Positions 40,133 to 50,817 of a stretch of 64,000 nucleotides of DNA are shown here, in pieces. The stretch is from Spirochaetales bacterium. GTDB taxonomy: Bacteria; Spirochaetota; Spirochaetia; UBA9216. Position numbers and translations under genes: made by a program. Each line of letters starts with the position of its first letter. Position 1 is the first letter of the stretch. Below the pieces are notes generated by a model. That model saw only the letters and a list, made by a program, of their open reading frames with translations, did no database searches and was not told where the DNA came from. Location of the stretch: the NCBI GenBank assembly GCA_016839055.1, contig JAEKNX010000002.1:377451-441450 (forward strand). The letters are read 5' to 3'.

Positions 40133-40489
40133 TTTAATCTCCCTTTTTTATAGATTTTCCTCTTGATTTTCAAATGAGGTCTATTTGAACTATCAGGATT
40201 GTTTCTAATTTTGCGCAAACATAATTTGCTTATTGTCTTTTGCGGAGACTATTACAAGTTGTCGATAGGGTCAATAGTTAAGTTGGGAATACGGTAAAAA
40301 TTTAACGAATTAAGTCGATTTGCTTAACGCAAGAAATATTATGTCTGAAGGGCATAGGTTAACGCAAAGTCCACAGCCTTAACAATTATTTAATTTGAGG
40401 CAAGACTGGTGACGTCTGAGGGTGAGCTTTAACCATGCTCTCACCATCTTGTCCTCTAGTCAGTCTATAATCAAACTTATATTCATGAG

Positions 40490-41110
40490 TCATGATTGAG
40501 GATCCAACCTGGCTCTGGACAGGATCCCGACGAGGTAACCGCCGAGAAAGGCTGCGTCTTCGGCAGGCAGGAAATTCGTTATATTATCAGAATAAAGAAT
40601 ATTGGCTTCTAAAGGGAACTCGTCATCGGCCTTAAAGATTTGAACAACCATATCAATCTTCGGAAAAACAGGGATAACCACTGAATAGTCTCCGGTGATC
40701 CACTTTTTCCCGCCAAGTGATGCACCAGCCTCGAGCAGCTCTTCGGGTCTTTTTATGAAATTGCTGATAAGTTTATCCAGAGCCCTCTGTTGAAACGACT
40801 TGAAATAAAACATGCCGCCCGGAATTCCTCTGAAACTGATGAATTCTCCCCTCACCGGGTTCTCGTCCATGGAGGTTAGGTAATGCAGAATAAGCACCTG
40901 CACAATGATTGGAACACCCTTGGTGATAAAACGAACTTCGGGCATGCTTATCTCATAAATCCCACTGAGAAAAGCAATTTTATAGGTTCCGTTTTCAAAT
41001 ATTGCTCCGGTTTTCCGGCATATTTCACCCGATTTTGCATTCTCAAGGATACAAGCCGCTTTATCATAGGCAACGAGCAGACTGTTCTCTATCTGCCTTG
41101 TGTTCGACAT
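40490..41110 (-). CDS. DUF3786 domain protein
   Basis: VLILHYL, GEFISFRGIPGG..Y, GD and DDEFP..ANILY motifs. Confidence 0.82.
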   Translation of the reverse strand: MSNTRQIENSLLVAYDKAACILENAKSGEICRKTGAIFENGTYKIAFLSGIYEISMPEVRFITKGVPIIVQVLILHYLTSMDENPVRGEFISFRGIPGGMFYFKSFQQRALDKLISNFIKRPEELLEAGASLGGKKWITGDYSVVIPVFPKIDMVVQIFKADDEFPLEANILYSDNITNFLPAEDAAFLGGYLVGILSRARLDPQS

Positions 41111-41265
41111 ATTCCCTCCATGAATACAAAGAATCTTCAGTATTTAAGGTTAGGGTGGGGTAAGTGAATTGTCAATTTATATTTTTAGAAGTTTTGCTTC
41201 TCAAAGTAAAGTATAGTATAATACAACGATATTGATTGTGTTTTTCCATTTTATGAGGAGTAAAT

Positions 41266-41952
41266 ATGAAAGATATTAAGAATGATCCCGCATTTGTAGA
41301 GGGGATGGAAGCTTTCTTGATGGGTGATTGGTCAGCTGCAAAAGATTCTTTTATGCAGCTGGAAAAACATTTCCCCGAGAATGATCATGTCATTTTCATT
41401 CTGGGTAATATCTATTATTCTCTAGGAGTACTGGATAAATCTATCGAATACTATAAAAAAACCATCGAGATTAGCGATGGCGATGTCTGCGGAAATGCCT
41501 ACTATAAAATAGGGGTAAGTTATTTTAAAATGGGGAAATTCACCGAAGCCCTGCAGGCATTCAAGCAGTCAATTCAGGCCGAGAAATCACAGCATGTCAT
41601 GGTTTATTATTATCTTGGGTTAATTTCCACTCACCTGGGCAATGATGAGCAGGCTATCAAATACTTTGATAAACTGCGTCTTGCGTCTCCCCAGACGAAA
41701 ATGGCTATATTTATTGAAGCTCAGTTAAAGGTGAAAAGACACGAGTTTGAAACGGCAATTGAATTGCTGCTGCAATTTCTGGAAGTTTCGCCTGAATTTG
41801 CCGAAGCCCATCACCTGCTCGGTGCAGCATATATGGGTCTGTATCAAAATATGAAAGCGCTCCGCTGCTTCAGAAAGGCTGTGGAATTGAATCCGGCTGA
41901 TAAAAGAAGTGCTATGGAAATTTCCAGACTATCTACTACCGACTGGCCTTAA
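41266..41952 (+). CDS. Tetratricopeptide-repeat protein
   Basis: About six TPRs (e.g. LGNIYYSLG..KSIEYYKK and AEAHHLLGAAY..A...FRKAVELNP); SD GAGGAG. Confidence 0.88.
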   Translation: MKDIKNDPAFVEGMEAFLMGDWSAAKDSFMQLEKHFPENDHVIFILGNIYYSLGVLDKSIEYYKKTIEISDGDVCGNAYYKIGVSYFKMGKFTEALQAFKQSIQAEKSQHVMVYYYLGLISTHLGNDEQAIKYFDKLRLASPQTKMAIFIEAQLKVKRHEFETAIELLLQFLEVSPEFAEAHHLLGAAYMGLYQNMKALRCFRKAVELNPADKRSAMEISRLSTTDWP

Positions 41953-41962
41953 TTTGTAGTTT

Positions 41963-42745
41963 CTATCTTCTGAAAGCCTCCAGATAGGAATCAGCGTAGA
42001 TAGTCCGGTTCATAATGAGATCAGCCGTCAGAATTGCATTGACAAGTTCGGTATCGTTGACATTCAGTATCACTGCGTCCAGGCCGTGGGCAATTAACAT
42101 TGATACAAATATACGGTTTATTAGTCCTTTTTGAGTTGTGCCGTTAGAAATATTGCTCAATCCGCATACAATATGACAGGGCGGATCAGTAAAAAGTCCG
42201 AACTGGGAAGCTGCATTTAATATTTCAACCGACTGATCCTGCATGAACTTCAGGGGCATGATAATTGGATCAAGAAACAATCTGTCCGGGGGAATATCGT
42301 ATTCCATGAATTTGGCCACTATGGTTCCGGCATGCTCAATCCGTTTGTCGGCAGTGGTCGGACTTCCGCTTTCATCCATTACGAGGCCTATTATCGAAGC
42401 TTTATATTCTGCCACTATCGGCAGTAGCTCATCCAGCTTTTTCTCATCTGCTATTACCGAGTTAACCAGGGGCGGTTTTCTGCAGATGGGTATAGCCTCT
42501 TTAAGCATAACAAATTTGTTGTTGTCGATGGATATCGGCAGATCGACTTCTTCCTGCACCTGTTCAATCATCCAGCAGAGATCTTCGGGTTTATTCGAAA
42601 CCGCCCCCAGATTGACATCCAGATAATCGGCTTTCGCGTCGGCCTGCTGTCTTGCACATTCTTTTATTACATCACCGTCCTTATTCAGTACGGCCTCCTT
42701 GATTTTTTTAAAGCCTGTATTGATTCGCTCTCCTATCAGTATCAT
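41963..42745 (-). CDS. acsE: Methyltetrahydrofolate:corrinoid/FeS protein methyltransferase
   Basis: ILIGERIN, ADYLDVN, LFLDP and GLSNISNG pterin-binding barrel; last gene of the acs operon. Confidence 0.92.
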   Translation of the reverse strand: MILIGERINTGFKKIKEAVLNKDGDVIKECARQQADAKADYLDVNLGAVSNKPEDLCWMIEQVQEEVDLPISIDNNKFVMLKEAIPICRKPPLVNSVIADEKKLDELLPIVAEYKASIIGLVMDESGSPTTADKRIEHAGTIVAKFMEYDIPPDRLFLDPIIMPLKFMQDQSVEILNAASQFGLFTDPPCHIVCGLSNISNGTTQKGLINRIFVSMLIAHGLDAVILNVNDTELVNAILTADLIMNRTIYADSYLEAFRR

Positions 42746-42758
42746 TTTTATCCTCCTG

Positions 42759-43706
42759 TTATTGAATGATCTCGCGGATTGTCCGAATTGCTTCCGGATG
42801 CGCCATTATCAGGATGTCAGCCCCTGCCTGAAGGTAGCCTTCGGCACAGACCGCTTCCCACATGGGCCCCCGCTTTCGGGCCTCTCCCCATCCTTCAAGA
42901 ATGTCCTCGCCGACGGTTGCCTCTTTAGTGCGCCACACTTCTTCTCCTACATCGCATAACTGAGGTCGGGCCATTAGTTTATCTCCCTGCAGGCCTGCGC
43001 TGCGTGCCCGTTCCATTATTGTATAAACATAATCAAAGCCGTAACCGAGGGCCGCGGTTGTCTGGAACATGACAATATCATCAAGGCTGAAACCATTGTC
43101 ATCCAGGAGGATATTTACCTGTTTACCGATATTGATATCGACCGGGGCTTCTGATATGAGTTTATGTTTATCAGCCTTGCATATGGCCGCCATGGTTAAA
43201 TAATTTGACTCTGTTGCCGAACCCATCAGACAATTTTCACCCCGGGCAGCCTGTGAGCACTCCTGCAATATCAATCTGTCTTTTTCTTCATTTCCGCTGC
43301 CCCAGATTATAAGAGGAACATCGACGGTCTTAAGAAGATCCTCAATAAGTCCGGCACATTCTTCGGGTGATTTGTCTTTGGTTTCTGCGAGTCCTCCCCT
43401 CAATTTAATACTGATAAGGTTGACTCCGAATTCTTCCACAGCCTTCTGTGCCCACTCGAGGGGAGAATTTATTTCACTGCCAATTGCTTCTTTCAGGAAA
43501 TCCGGCCAATCAGGGACGATGTCGGATATATAACCGGCAATCACAGGAGGGTGAGGTGATTCTCCGTCAAATGACAGATGAGGCATAGCGCTCTGGCCGC
43601 CTATTGTAATGGTACTGCCCCTTGTTCCACCGTCGGCCTTAAGTGCGCCGATGGTAACAGTGCTGATGCGTGATTTGCTGGTTGTTCTTATTTCAGGTAT
43701 TTTCAT
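42759..43706 (-). CDS. acsD: Corrinoid/FeS protein small (delta) subunit
   Basis: IGGQSAMP, IWGSGNEEKD, DINIGKQVN, ALGYG and AGADILIMAHP motifs. Confidence 0.94.
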   Translation of the reverse strand: MKIPEIRTTSKSRISTVTIGALKADGGTRGSTITIGGQSAMPHLSFDGESPHPPVIAGYISDIVPDWPDFLKEAIGSEINSPLEWAQKAVEEFGVNLISIKLRGGLAETKDKSPEECAGLIEDLLKTVDVPLIIWGSGNEEKDRLILQECSQAARGENCLMGSATESNYLTMAAICKADKHKLISEAPVDINIGKQVNILLDDNGFSLDDIVMFQTTAALGYGFDYVYTIMERARSAGLQGDKLMARPQLCDVGEEVWRTKEATVGEDILEGWGEARKRGPMWEAVCAEGYLQAGADILIMAHPEAIRTIREIIQ

Positions 43707-44460
43707 TATTGCCTCCTATTTTTTCTATAATCCGGTCAATTGCCGAGAGCACGGCTTTGCTCTTTAAACTGCTGATCGGCAGACTATTAAACACCAGGTC
43801 TTCAATTTCTTCCTCTTTTGGAATATCTGTAAGGAAATCCATACCCAGTTCATCGATTCTTTTATGAACCTCATCGAGTCTGTTTTTATTTACCATGGAG
43901 CTGACAACAAAGGTATTGGTTATTCGGCCATTCATTTCGGATACAATATCCTTTATTTTTGCCGCGCAGCTGAAGGATAGGGGGCTCTCGCTGACCACAA
44001 CAATCAAGGCATCGATGTTTGTCGTGGTACGCCGGCTAAGATGTTCAAGCCCCGCCTCATTATCAATTACTACCCAGCGGTAAGAGGGGGTCAGATCATC
44101 ACAGAACTTCCTTATCAGGCTGTTAATATAGCAATAGCAGCTCGCGCCCTCACCCTTGCCCATGGTAACAAGATCCCATCCTTCACGCTCTTCAATAATC
44201 TGATGCAGCCCGGATTCGATGTAATTCGCCTTGGTCATGCCTGCGGGGAATTCCTTTATGGTCTTAAGAAGATCCTCCCGTAGATCTCCGATTGTCTGTT
44301 CCGGTTCTATTCCAAGCAGAGTTCCCAGATTACAGTCCGGATCGGCGTCTACGGCGAGAACGGGGTTCATTCCTTTGTGGACGAGGCGGCTTATTAAAAG
44401 GGCTGCAATTGTAGATTTACCTGTGCCTCCTTTTCCGGCTACAGCAATGCTTTTTGTCAT
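43693..44460 (-). CDS. cooC: CooC/AcsF nickel-insertion ATPase (ACS-associated)
   Basis: GKGGTGKS, DADP, CYC and DNEAGLEHLSR motifs. Confidence 0.9.
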   Translation of the reverse strand: MTKSIAVAGKGGTGKSTIAALLISRLVHKGMNPVLAVDADPDCNLGTLLGIEPEQTIGDLREDLLKTIKEFPAGMTKANYIESGLHQIIEEREGWDLVTMGKGEGASCYCYINSLIRKFCDDLTPSYRWVVIDNEAGLEHLSRRTTTNIDALIVVVSESPLSFSCAAKIKDIVSEMNGRITNTFVVSSMVNKNRLDEVHKRIDELGMDFLTDIPKEEEIEDLVFNSLPISSLKSKAVLSAIDRIIEKIGGNNENT

Positions 44461-46328
44461 GAAATTGCCCTCCAGTAATCAATATCAGTATGAGGCAGAA
44501 ACATGGCTTTTTTGAATTCCTCGACGTAATCATCGGCTCCGAGCAAATCATAATAGGTTGTTGCGCTGCGTATTCTTGTAAGTTCATTGAAGGCTTCCTG
44601 ATAGAAGGCTGCCAATTTTGCTCCCTTGATGGATGTGTTACCGGAAAATTTAAATTTATCCAGAGGCAGAGGCGGCAGAAGCCCGATATTTATTGCATTT
44701 TCAATATTGAGATAATAGCCGAAGGCTCCTGCAATGTAGAAAGTATCGAGATCACTGAATTTTAGTGATAAACGCTGCATTATGATGGTGATGGCCGCAA
44801 AAATAGCAGCCTTGGCGGTTATAATATTTTCAATGTCCTTTTCTGTAAGATAAATACTGTTATCCTCTTGGTTAGTTTCTTCAACCAAAACAAAACGCCT
44901 TTTATTGGCTTCACCTGTTTCTGAGGTTCGGTTCTCATCGATGAACCGGCCGGAGCGATCAATAATCTTTTCATTAAGAAGGACACTCAAGAGATCTATG
45001 ATACCGGAGCCGCAAATTCCGATTGGTGGCTGCTTATTTATTGTCGAATACTTAATAATACCGGATTCGACAAAAACCTTATCCACGGCACCCGGTTCAG
45101 CACGCATGCCGCATTCGACACTTGCTCCTTCCAGCGCCGGTCCTGCGGAAGCCGAGGTGGCTACCAGCCAATCTCTGTTTCCGAGAATCACTTCCCCATT
45201 TGTCCCTATGTCTATGAGGAGCCCAAGCTCTTTCTTTTTGTACATTTGAACTGCCAGAATTCCGGCGGTCAGATCACTTCCTACCCAGCCGCTGATGCCG
45301 GGAAGTGAATAAAGCAGGCCGCGCTTGTTGACCTTCAATCCTACTTCGGAAGCCCGGAGTGGGGGCGGTTCGACGGTTACGGGGATAAATGGCTTACGTC
45401 GGATATTATTGGTCGAAAGATCAAGCAGGAAATGCTCCATAGCGGTATTCCCGGCACAGACAACAGCGTTAATATTCTTAATGTCCACATTGTTTCTTTC
45501 GCACAGCATAACGATTAGTCTGTTGATATCATCCACAAGTAATTTCTGCAGCACTTTTACACTTTTTCGTTCCGCGTGGATCATTCGGCCTGTGACCTCA
45601 CTCCCGTGAATCGATTGACTGTTGTAACATGATGCTGAATCGACAGTGGTTCTGGGATGTGCATTGACCAGATGGGCAACCACTGTGGTGGTTCCCATAT
45701 CTACAATAACCATATAGTTCGATGATTCTGTGTCGCCGCCTTCGATATTCATGATCTCGGCGATGTCTCTGCGCAGCCCCACTGTAATGGTTACTTTGTA
45801 ATTATTGTTACGGAGAACCTTCGGCAGTATTTTTATTATTTTCAGTCCCATCTGCATGGTAGGTATATTAAGACGTTTTTTTACGCCGTTTGAAACCAGT
45901 TGATGATCAGCCTGGCCCGAAAAGATAGTAGGCGGTTCAAATTCAATATAAATTTTAGTAACAACCGGGAGGGTTTTATAATGCAGCTCATTGATGTGAG
46001 GTTTATCTTCTTCGCCGAAATTTTCCGAGACTGGAGTGCTGTTGCCTTCTCCCCGGTGTTTTTTTGGTATCTCTACTGTCAGATCTTTATACACAAGGCT
46101 CAAACAGGCCAGCACCCATCCTTTTTTAATCTGAGCTTCATTAAAAGGCCATGAAACCTTGTCCGGAATATCTCCTTCTAAAATGATCATTTTGCATTTA
46201 CCGCATATTCCCTCACCGCCGCAGTTAGTATTCACCTCCAGGCCGGCTTTGCGGGCGGCTTCCAAAAGGGAAGTGCCGCTGCGTACGCTGACTGACTTGT
46301 TCGAAGGATAGAATTTAACTGAATGCAT
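44457..46328 (-). CDS. acsV: ASKHA-type reductive activator of the corrinoid protein (RACo/AcsV)
   Basis: N-terminal 2Fe-2S (CGGEGICGKC...LAC), DMGTT, DIGTNGE, GICGSG and AGAFG motifs; TAATG coupling with acsC. Confidence 0.92.
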   Translation of the reverse strand: MHSVKFYPSNKSVSVRSGTSLLEAARKAGLEVNTNCGGEGICGKCKMIILEGDIPDKVSWPFNEAQIKKGWVLACLSLVYKDLTVEIPKKHRGEGNSTPVSENFGEEDKPHINELHYKTLPVVTKIYIEFEPPTIFSGQADHQLVSNGVKKRLNIPTMQMGLKIIKILPKVLRNNNYKVTITVGLRRDIAEIMNIEGGDTESSNYMVIVDMGTTTVVAHLVNAHPRTTVDSASCYNSQSIHGSEVTGRMIHAERKSVKVLQKLLVDDINRLIVMLCERNNVDIKNINAVVCAGNTAMEHFLLDLSTNNIRRKPFIPVTVEPPPLRASEVGLKVNKRGLLYSLPGISGWVGSDLTAGILAVQMYKKKELGLLIDIGTNGEVILGNRDWLVATSASAGPALEGASVECGMRAEPGAVDKVFVESGIIKYSTINKQPPIGICGSGIIDLLSVLLNEKIIDRSGRFIDENRTSETGEANKRRFVLVEETNQEDNSIYLTEKDIENIITAKAAIFAAITIIMQRLSLKFSDLDTFYIAGAFGYYLNIENAINIGLLPPLPLDKFKFSGNTSIKGAKLAAFYQEAFNELTRIRSATTYYDLLGADDYVEEFKKAMFLPHTDIDYWRAIS

Positions 46329-47665
46329 TATTTCCCCCAAATTCTATTCAGAAATCCCGGAATCTCTTTTGCCGTTTCAGGACCTATTATTACCTCCTTC
46401 CATTCAGAGAGGTCTTCAATTTCCGCCTTGAAAACCGGCAGAAGCCCCGGAATGATCAGTTTTCGGTGTTTTACTTTTTCAGCAACCTTCTGGTCTTTGA
46501 GAGCCTTTAATATCTTTTCGACTGATATTTTGTCACCCGCCCAGGAGTTGAGCACTCCGAGACCCTCGGTTTCAACAACACAGATATAGGATGGTATTTT
46601 ACTTCTTTCCACTTCACCGGCTACACTGAAGTAGGTGAGGGAAAAGTTCGTTGTATACATTACCGGAGAGTTTTCATTGGGACTGCCGATTTCGTATAAT
46701 TTTGCTTCCACAGTATTGGGTACCTGTGGGTCGGTATATATGTCCTGAATAATAGTCAGATTGGGTGTCACCTGCCAGGCTTCCCGGCCCTTGATTAGTA
46801 CAATTCCGGAATATTTTGCCGCTGCCGCCGCAATTAAGACAGTCTCTATTTCTTCCGAATCACTTTCGAATTCACTGATTATCGGATAGCCGAAGGGACG
46901 GAATTTATTAATCAGGGCCGACCGTCTTACATGGGTTGAAAATCTGACAGCCTCTCCGATGTTCCCGCCCTTGAAGGAAAGAAGCATGTCTTCAACCCCG
47001 GCATCCTTTGCCTTGAGCGTGAAGTCGGCCAATTCTTCTAAGGTTCCGGCCGAGACTGCAAGGGGAAGTTTATTATCAGCCGCTATTTTAATAAAGTCAT
47101 CAATATTAGCGGCGGTCGCCCGGTATATAAGCGGCCTCTTGTCTTTAATGGCCGCTGCCGCCGTACTCATGGGAAGAGGATCTTCACCGGAGAGAATAAT
47201 CGGCAGACGGCTTTTATCTGCGGCGGTTTGTGCTCTTTCGGCCGGATTGCTGCAACCGTCCAGATCTATGGCACAGAACTCAACTTTTATTTCCTTGCCG
47301 ACCCTCGTGAAATTCCGGCTGTTTATCTCGTCTATACCACTTTCTAGTTCAGCAATAGAAAGATTGGCGGCAAGCTTGACGGCAAGGCCGCATTTTCGGT
47401 GAAACTTTTCTTCATGGCGATACATTACAGTTTCCTGGCCTGTTTCGAAGACTGTATCTCCGGATCCTATCTTCACCAGTTTCATGGGAGGTGAGGATTG
47501 CTCAGAAAGAGCCACTGTGGCTTCTTCAGAAATATCCGGGCAATCTGAGATTGCCTTCTGCTTCGCGGCAACCTGCATTGCAAAGGCCATACAGGTGGGA
47601 AAACCACATTTCTTACAGTTTGTCCTTGGAAGCTGTTTGTAGATTTGCATTCCTGTCAGTGCCAT
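46328..47665 (-). CDS. acsC: Corrinoid/FeS protein large (gamma) subunit
   Basis: LPRTNCKKCGFPTCMAFA...CP, YRHEE, IYTDPQ and TTNFSLTYF motifs. Confidence 0.96.
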   Translation of the reverse strand: MALTGMQIYKQLPRTNCKKCGFPTCMAFAMQVAAKQKAISDCPDISEEATVALSEQSSPPMKLVKIGSGDTVFETGQETVMYRHEEKFHRKCGLAVKLAANLSIAELESGIDEINSRNFTRVGKEIKVEFCAIDLDGCSNPAERAQTAADKSRLPIILSGEDPLPMSTAAAAIKDKRPLIYRATAANIDDFIKIAADNKLPLAVSAGTLEELADFTLKAKDAGVEDMLLSFKGGNIGEAVRFSTHVRRSALINKFRPFGYPIISEFESDSEEIETVLIAAAAAKYSGIVLIKGREAWQVTPNLTIIQDIYTDPQVPNTVEAKLYEIGSPNENSPVMYTTNFSLTYFSVAGEVERSKIPSYICVVETEGLGVLNSWAGDKISVEKILKALKDQKVAEKVKHRKLIIPGLLPVFKAEIEDLSEWKEVIIGPETAKEIPGFLNRIWGK

Positions 47666-47695
47666 TTAAAAATCCTCCATAAATTAAGAATAGAA

Positions 47696-49912
47696 TTAGA
47701 ACATTTCATCCATTTCAAGAGCCGGGTGAGAAACCTTTTCAAGGAAGGTGACGAGCTCATCCGGTTCTTCGGCATCTTCCTCGGTGGCTATTTTCTCAAA
47801 TAAGTCCGTCAGGCCGTTGCTTTTGAGTCTTTCTTCCAGACGCGGGCCGATTTCATCTTTAAGCTGCTTGCTCATCCAGACGATACGCTGGTGTCCCCCT
47901 TCCGCAGAAATGAATTTATTACTGCTTATGTAGAGTTTACCTATGCCGATAAATCCTGGCACCTGAAGCCCTCCGCCTACCTGACCTGCCAGGGTTGAGA
48001 AGGTCATTCCAATTGGAGTCATACCTGTAAAATCCCGGTCAACAATCATAATCCCGTTTGCTTCCGGGACAATGGCCGCGATGCACTCGAAACAGCCGCA
48101 GGAGGTCATGGGATCTTCCATTATTGAATAAGCATTGAATTTGGCCAGTGTATTATTTGATTTTACTTTGATATAACTGTTGATGCCATCCCACTGTCCC
48201 TTAATCGGATCGATACTATTGCCTTTATTAACCGGCTCGTTTGGCCCATGTTTGTTTATCTGATAGGAAGCTTTGCTGTCCAGCCATGTATAGGCACCGC
48301 AGAGCCCGAGTCTTTCCGGAGTAATTATGCAGACATGATTGGGGGCATAGGACTGACACAGGGTACAGGAGTAAAACTGGTCCACATCTTCATCGGTCAT
48401 TCCGCCTATGCGGTCATCCCTGTCGGCATAGACCTCCCTGGCAATTTTATGAAGCTCTTCCACCTTGGCAGCATCGGTATAGAATTTTATCTGGACCCTG
48501 TCAACGATGGTTGAAAACTCATTATGCATGCGGGCCAGGATGATCTCGCCGAAATCCCTGACGGTGAATCCTTTTGATTGTGCATCCTTACTGATTCTGA
48601 GCCAGATAATGGCCCGCTGACCCATGTGGAATATTCCATTGGCACAGGAGATGAATTCATGCATTCTACGCTCAAGAACAGTCTCAAAGTCTTCCTGGAA
48701 CTCACGGCCGGCAACTTCCACCATCATTGCCAGCGGGTAGGCTTCTCCTTCCTTCATCTCATCTATTTCAGGTCCGATAATTTCTATCTTTCCGTCTTCC
48801 ACCTCAGAGAGAGGTTTCATCCGCAGCAGTTCGAAAGCCTCGGAGAATTTGCCGCCGAACTGTACATACATGTCTTCTTTTCGCACCCGCTCACCCTCAA
48901 AGCCGGCACCGTAAGGTACTGGTATTGGGATGTTTTCCACCTTGACTGTCAGGTCGCGCAGTTCTATTGCCCGGCCGATTATTTCATCGAGTTTAATTCC
49001 GGATATTACATGCTCAAAGTTGCATATTCCCGTGGGCAGTATTTCCGGAATATTTACATCGGAAATGACCGGGAACCCGAAGTTTATAGCTCCGGCGGCG
49101 GTGGCATATTTTTCATCGGTGATCAGCTGATCCTTTCCGGCGTCCTTGTCCGAACCTAAGGCCATGACAAAGGCGTGCACCCGGTCGTTGTTGTACATCA
49201 GAATTTCTCTGGTCGCTTTGGCGCTTCCTGCCTCAATGCCTCCGAAGGTCATGGCAGAGCGGGCGGCGAAATTGAGAGCATGTATTGCGGCTGTTATATC
49301 TTTGCCGAAGGGGACGAGAAAGGTGTCCCAGTTCATTTCAATTCTTTCTTCGGCCAGTTGTTCAGCAATTGATCGTCCATTGGTATTACCGGCAATAAAA
49401 ACGAGAATGTTTTTTTCCTGCAGTTCCCTGACAAGCTTTACCGCCTGAGCATTTGTTTCGGTGCAGCCTACTATCGCTGCAAATCCGGGCATTCTGCCGT
49501 CAACAAGTTTAATACCCTGAGAACGAAGAATATTGTCGCCTGAAAATCCCAGCCAGATGTCGTCGACGGAAGCTGCGCCGTTTAAATATTTAAGTGATTC
49601 GATAATTTCCTCTGCAATCAGGGTTGCGACACCCGAATCCAGGGTTTCACCGAGGTAGGGCAGCCATGTTTTTTCAGCAGGAATGGTTCCAAGCAGGCTG
49701 CGGGCCTCCTGGAGGGAAGACTCAAGATCCCCGAGCTGTTTTACCTTCTGCCCCAGAAACAGATACATAATGGGCAGGAAGTAAGCAGTATTGGGATAGG
49801 CTACAATGGATTCTTTCCCGTATTTTTTGACTGCTGTTTCCAGAGCTTCCGAGGCTCTGTCTACCATTTGGTGAGCTCCTCTTATAGCTGCCGTCGCAAT
49901 TATTTTAGACAT
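47696..49912 (-). CDS. acsB: Acetyl-CoA synthase (bacterial type with N-terminal domain)
   Basis: CTLCQSYAPNHVCIITPERLGLCG and PMTSCGCFEC A-cluster ligands. Confidence 0.97.
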   Translation of the reverse strand: MSKIIATAAIRGAHQMVDRASEALETAVKKYGKESIVAYPNTAYFLPIMYLFLGQKVKQLGDLESSLQEARSLLGTIPAEKTWLPYLGETLDSGVATLIAEEIIESLKYLNGAASVDDIWLGFSGDNILRSQGIKLVDGRMPGFAAIVGCTETNAQAVKLVRELQEKNILVFIAGNTNGRSIAEQLAEERIEMNWDTFLVPFGKDITAAIHALNFAARSAMTFGGIEAGSAKATREILMYNNDRVHAFVMALGSDKDAGKDQLITDEKYATAAGAINFGFPVISDVNIPEILPTGICNFEHVISGIKLDEIIGRAIELRDLTVKVENIPIPVPYGAGFEGERVRKEDMYVQFGGKFSEAFELLRMKPLSEVEDGKIEIIGPEIDEMKEGEAYPLAMMVEVAGREFQEDFETVLERRMHEFISCANGIFHMGQRAIIWLRISKDAQSKGFTVRDFGEIILARMHNEFSTIVDRVQIKFYTDAAKVEELHKIAREVYADRDDRIGGMTDEDVDQFYSCTLCQSYAPNHVCIITPERLGLCGAYTWLDSKASYQINKHGPNEPVNKGNSIDPIKGQWDGINSYIKVKSNNTLAKFNAYSIMEDPMTSCGCFECIAAIVPEANGIMIVDRDFTGMTPIGMTFSTLAGQVGGGLQVPGFIGIGKLYISSNKFISAEGGHQRIVWMSKQLKDEIGPRLEERLKSNGLTDLFEKIATEEDAEEPDELVTFLEKVSHPALEMDEMF

Positions 49913-49969
49913 AATTCATACCCCCTGAATTATTGTATACTCCAAAGCTTCGAGATTGACCGGGAACAT

Positions 49970-50815
49970 TTATCCTGTCTCCTTGCTGGTCAATCGATTA
50001 TAATCGGAAACATCGGACAGCCCCTTTGCTGTCCGATGTAAAACGGTTCTGACTGAATAATTTTTCTTTCTTCTACAGGCCGGACAACAGGAGAGAAGTT
50101 CATCTGTTATAGTAATTTTTTCCTTAAGCTGTTCCATCTGGACGGATGTTCCGACCGGCTGCCCGCAATCGGGGCAAAATATCATCTCCAGGGCAACGCC
50201 CCAGTCTTGCTTCCTGAGTTTTTTATTTTCAATCTTGAAATTTATCACGCCTGTAGGACACACCGCCTCACAGGCCTTGCAGCCTATGCAGAGATCTCCT
50301 GCGATTTTAAAGGGGGAGACCACCTCCTTTTTTATGCCGCGTCCTGAGAACCCTATGGCCTCGGCCTTTATCAGTTCATTGCAGACTCTCATGCATAACC
50401 CGCATAGAATACAGTTCGATTTTCCCTCATCAGCAGCAGTGAAACGGGGCTTGGTTATTCCGTTTTCAAGTGCCAGTTTCATTATCTGCTGAGAATCCGG
50501 AGCCCTGGATAGCAGCAGTTCTATTATCAGTTTTCTCTCTTTGAGAACTCTCGGAGAATGTGTTTTTATATTCAGCCCCTCGGATGCGGGGCAGACACAG
50601 GCCGAATCTATCCAGCTGCGGTCAGGGTTTTGAGAGGGGTTGCTGATTTCCACTATACACAGCCTGCAGGAGCCGCTAGGGCTAAGCTCTTCATGGTGGC
50701 AGAGTGTTGGTATCCTTATCTCCAGCATGGCGGCCGCTTTTAAGATTGTAGTTCCTTGCGGAACACGGATTTTCCTGCCGTCAATTATTATTTCAACCTG
50801 CTTTGTGACCGTCAT
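49970..50815 (-). CDS. HydA/NuoG N-terminal-like FeS subunit (2Fe-2S plus 2x4Fe-4S), no H-cluster
   Basis: IPTLC, GSCRLC, CILCGLCMRVC and CIGCKACEAVCP motifs, plus C-terminal CPDC/CPAC; no hydrogenase L1-L3 motifs. Confidence 0.85.
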   Translation of the reverse strand: MTVTKQVEIIIDGRKIRVPQGTTILKAAAMLEIRIPTLCHHEELSPSGSCRLCIVEISNPSQNPDRSWIDSACVCPASEGLNIKTHSPRVLKERKLIIELLLSRAPDSQQIMKLALENGITKPRFTAADEGKSNCILCGLCMRVCNELIKAEAIGFSGRGIKKEVVSPFKIAGDLCIGCKACEAVCPTGVINFKIENKKLRKQDWGVALEMIFCPDCGQPVGTSVQMEQLKEKITITDELLSCCPACRRKKNYSVRTVLHRTAKGLSDVSDYNRLTSKETG

Positions 50816-50817
50816 TT

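Noticed and set aside
40133-40489. PyrR attenuator or riboswitch upstream of uraA; repeated TTAACG words
   Set aside because: No PyrR-binding consensus or terminator/antiterminator pair was found; the repeats are short and irregularly spaced in AT-rich DNA.
49916-49969. 17-aa ORF (MFPVNLEALEYTIIQGV) filling the hydA'-acsB gap on the minus strand
   Set aside because: Too short and featureless to separate from chance, although it could mediate translational coupling.
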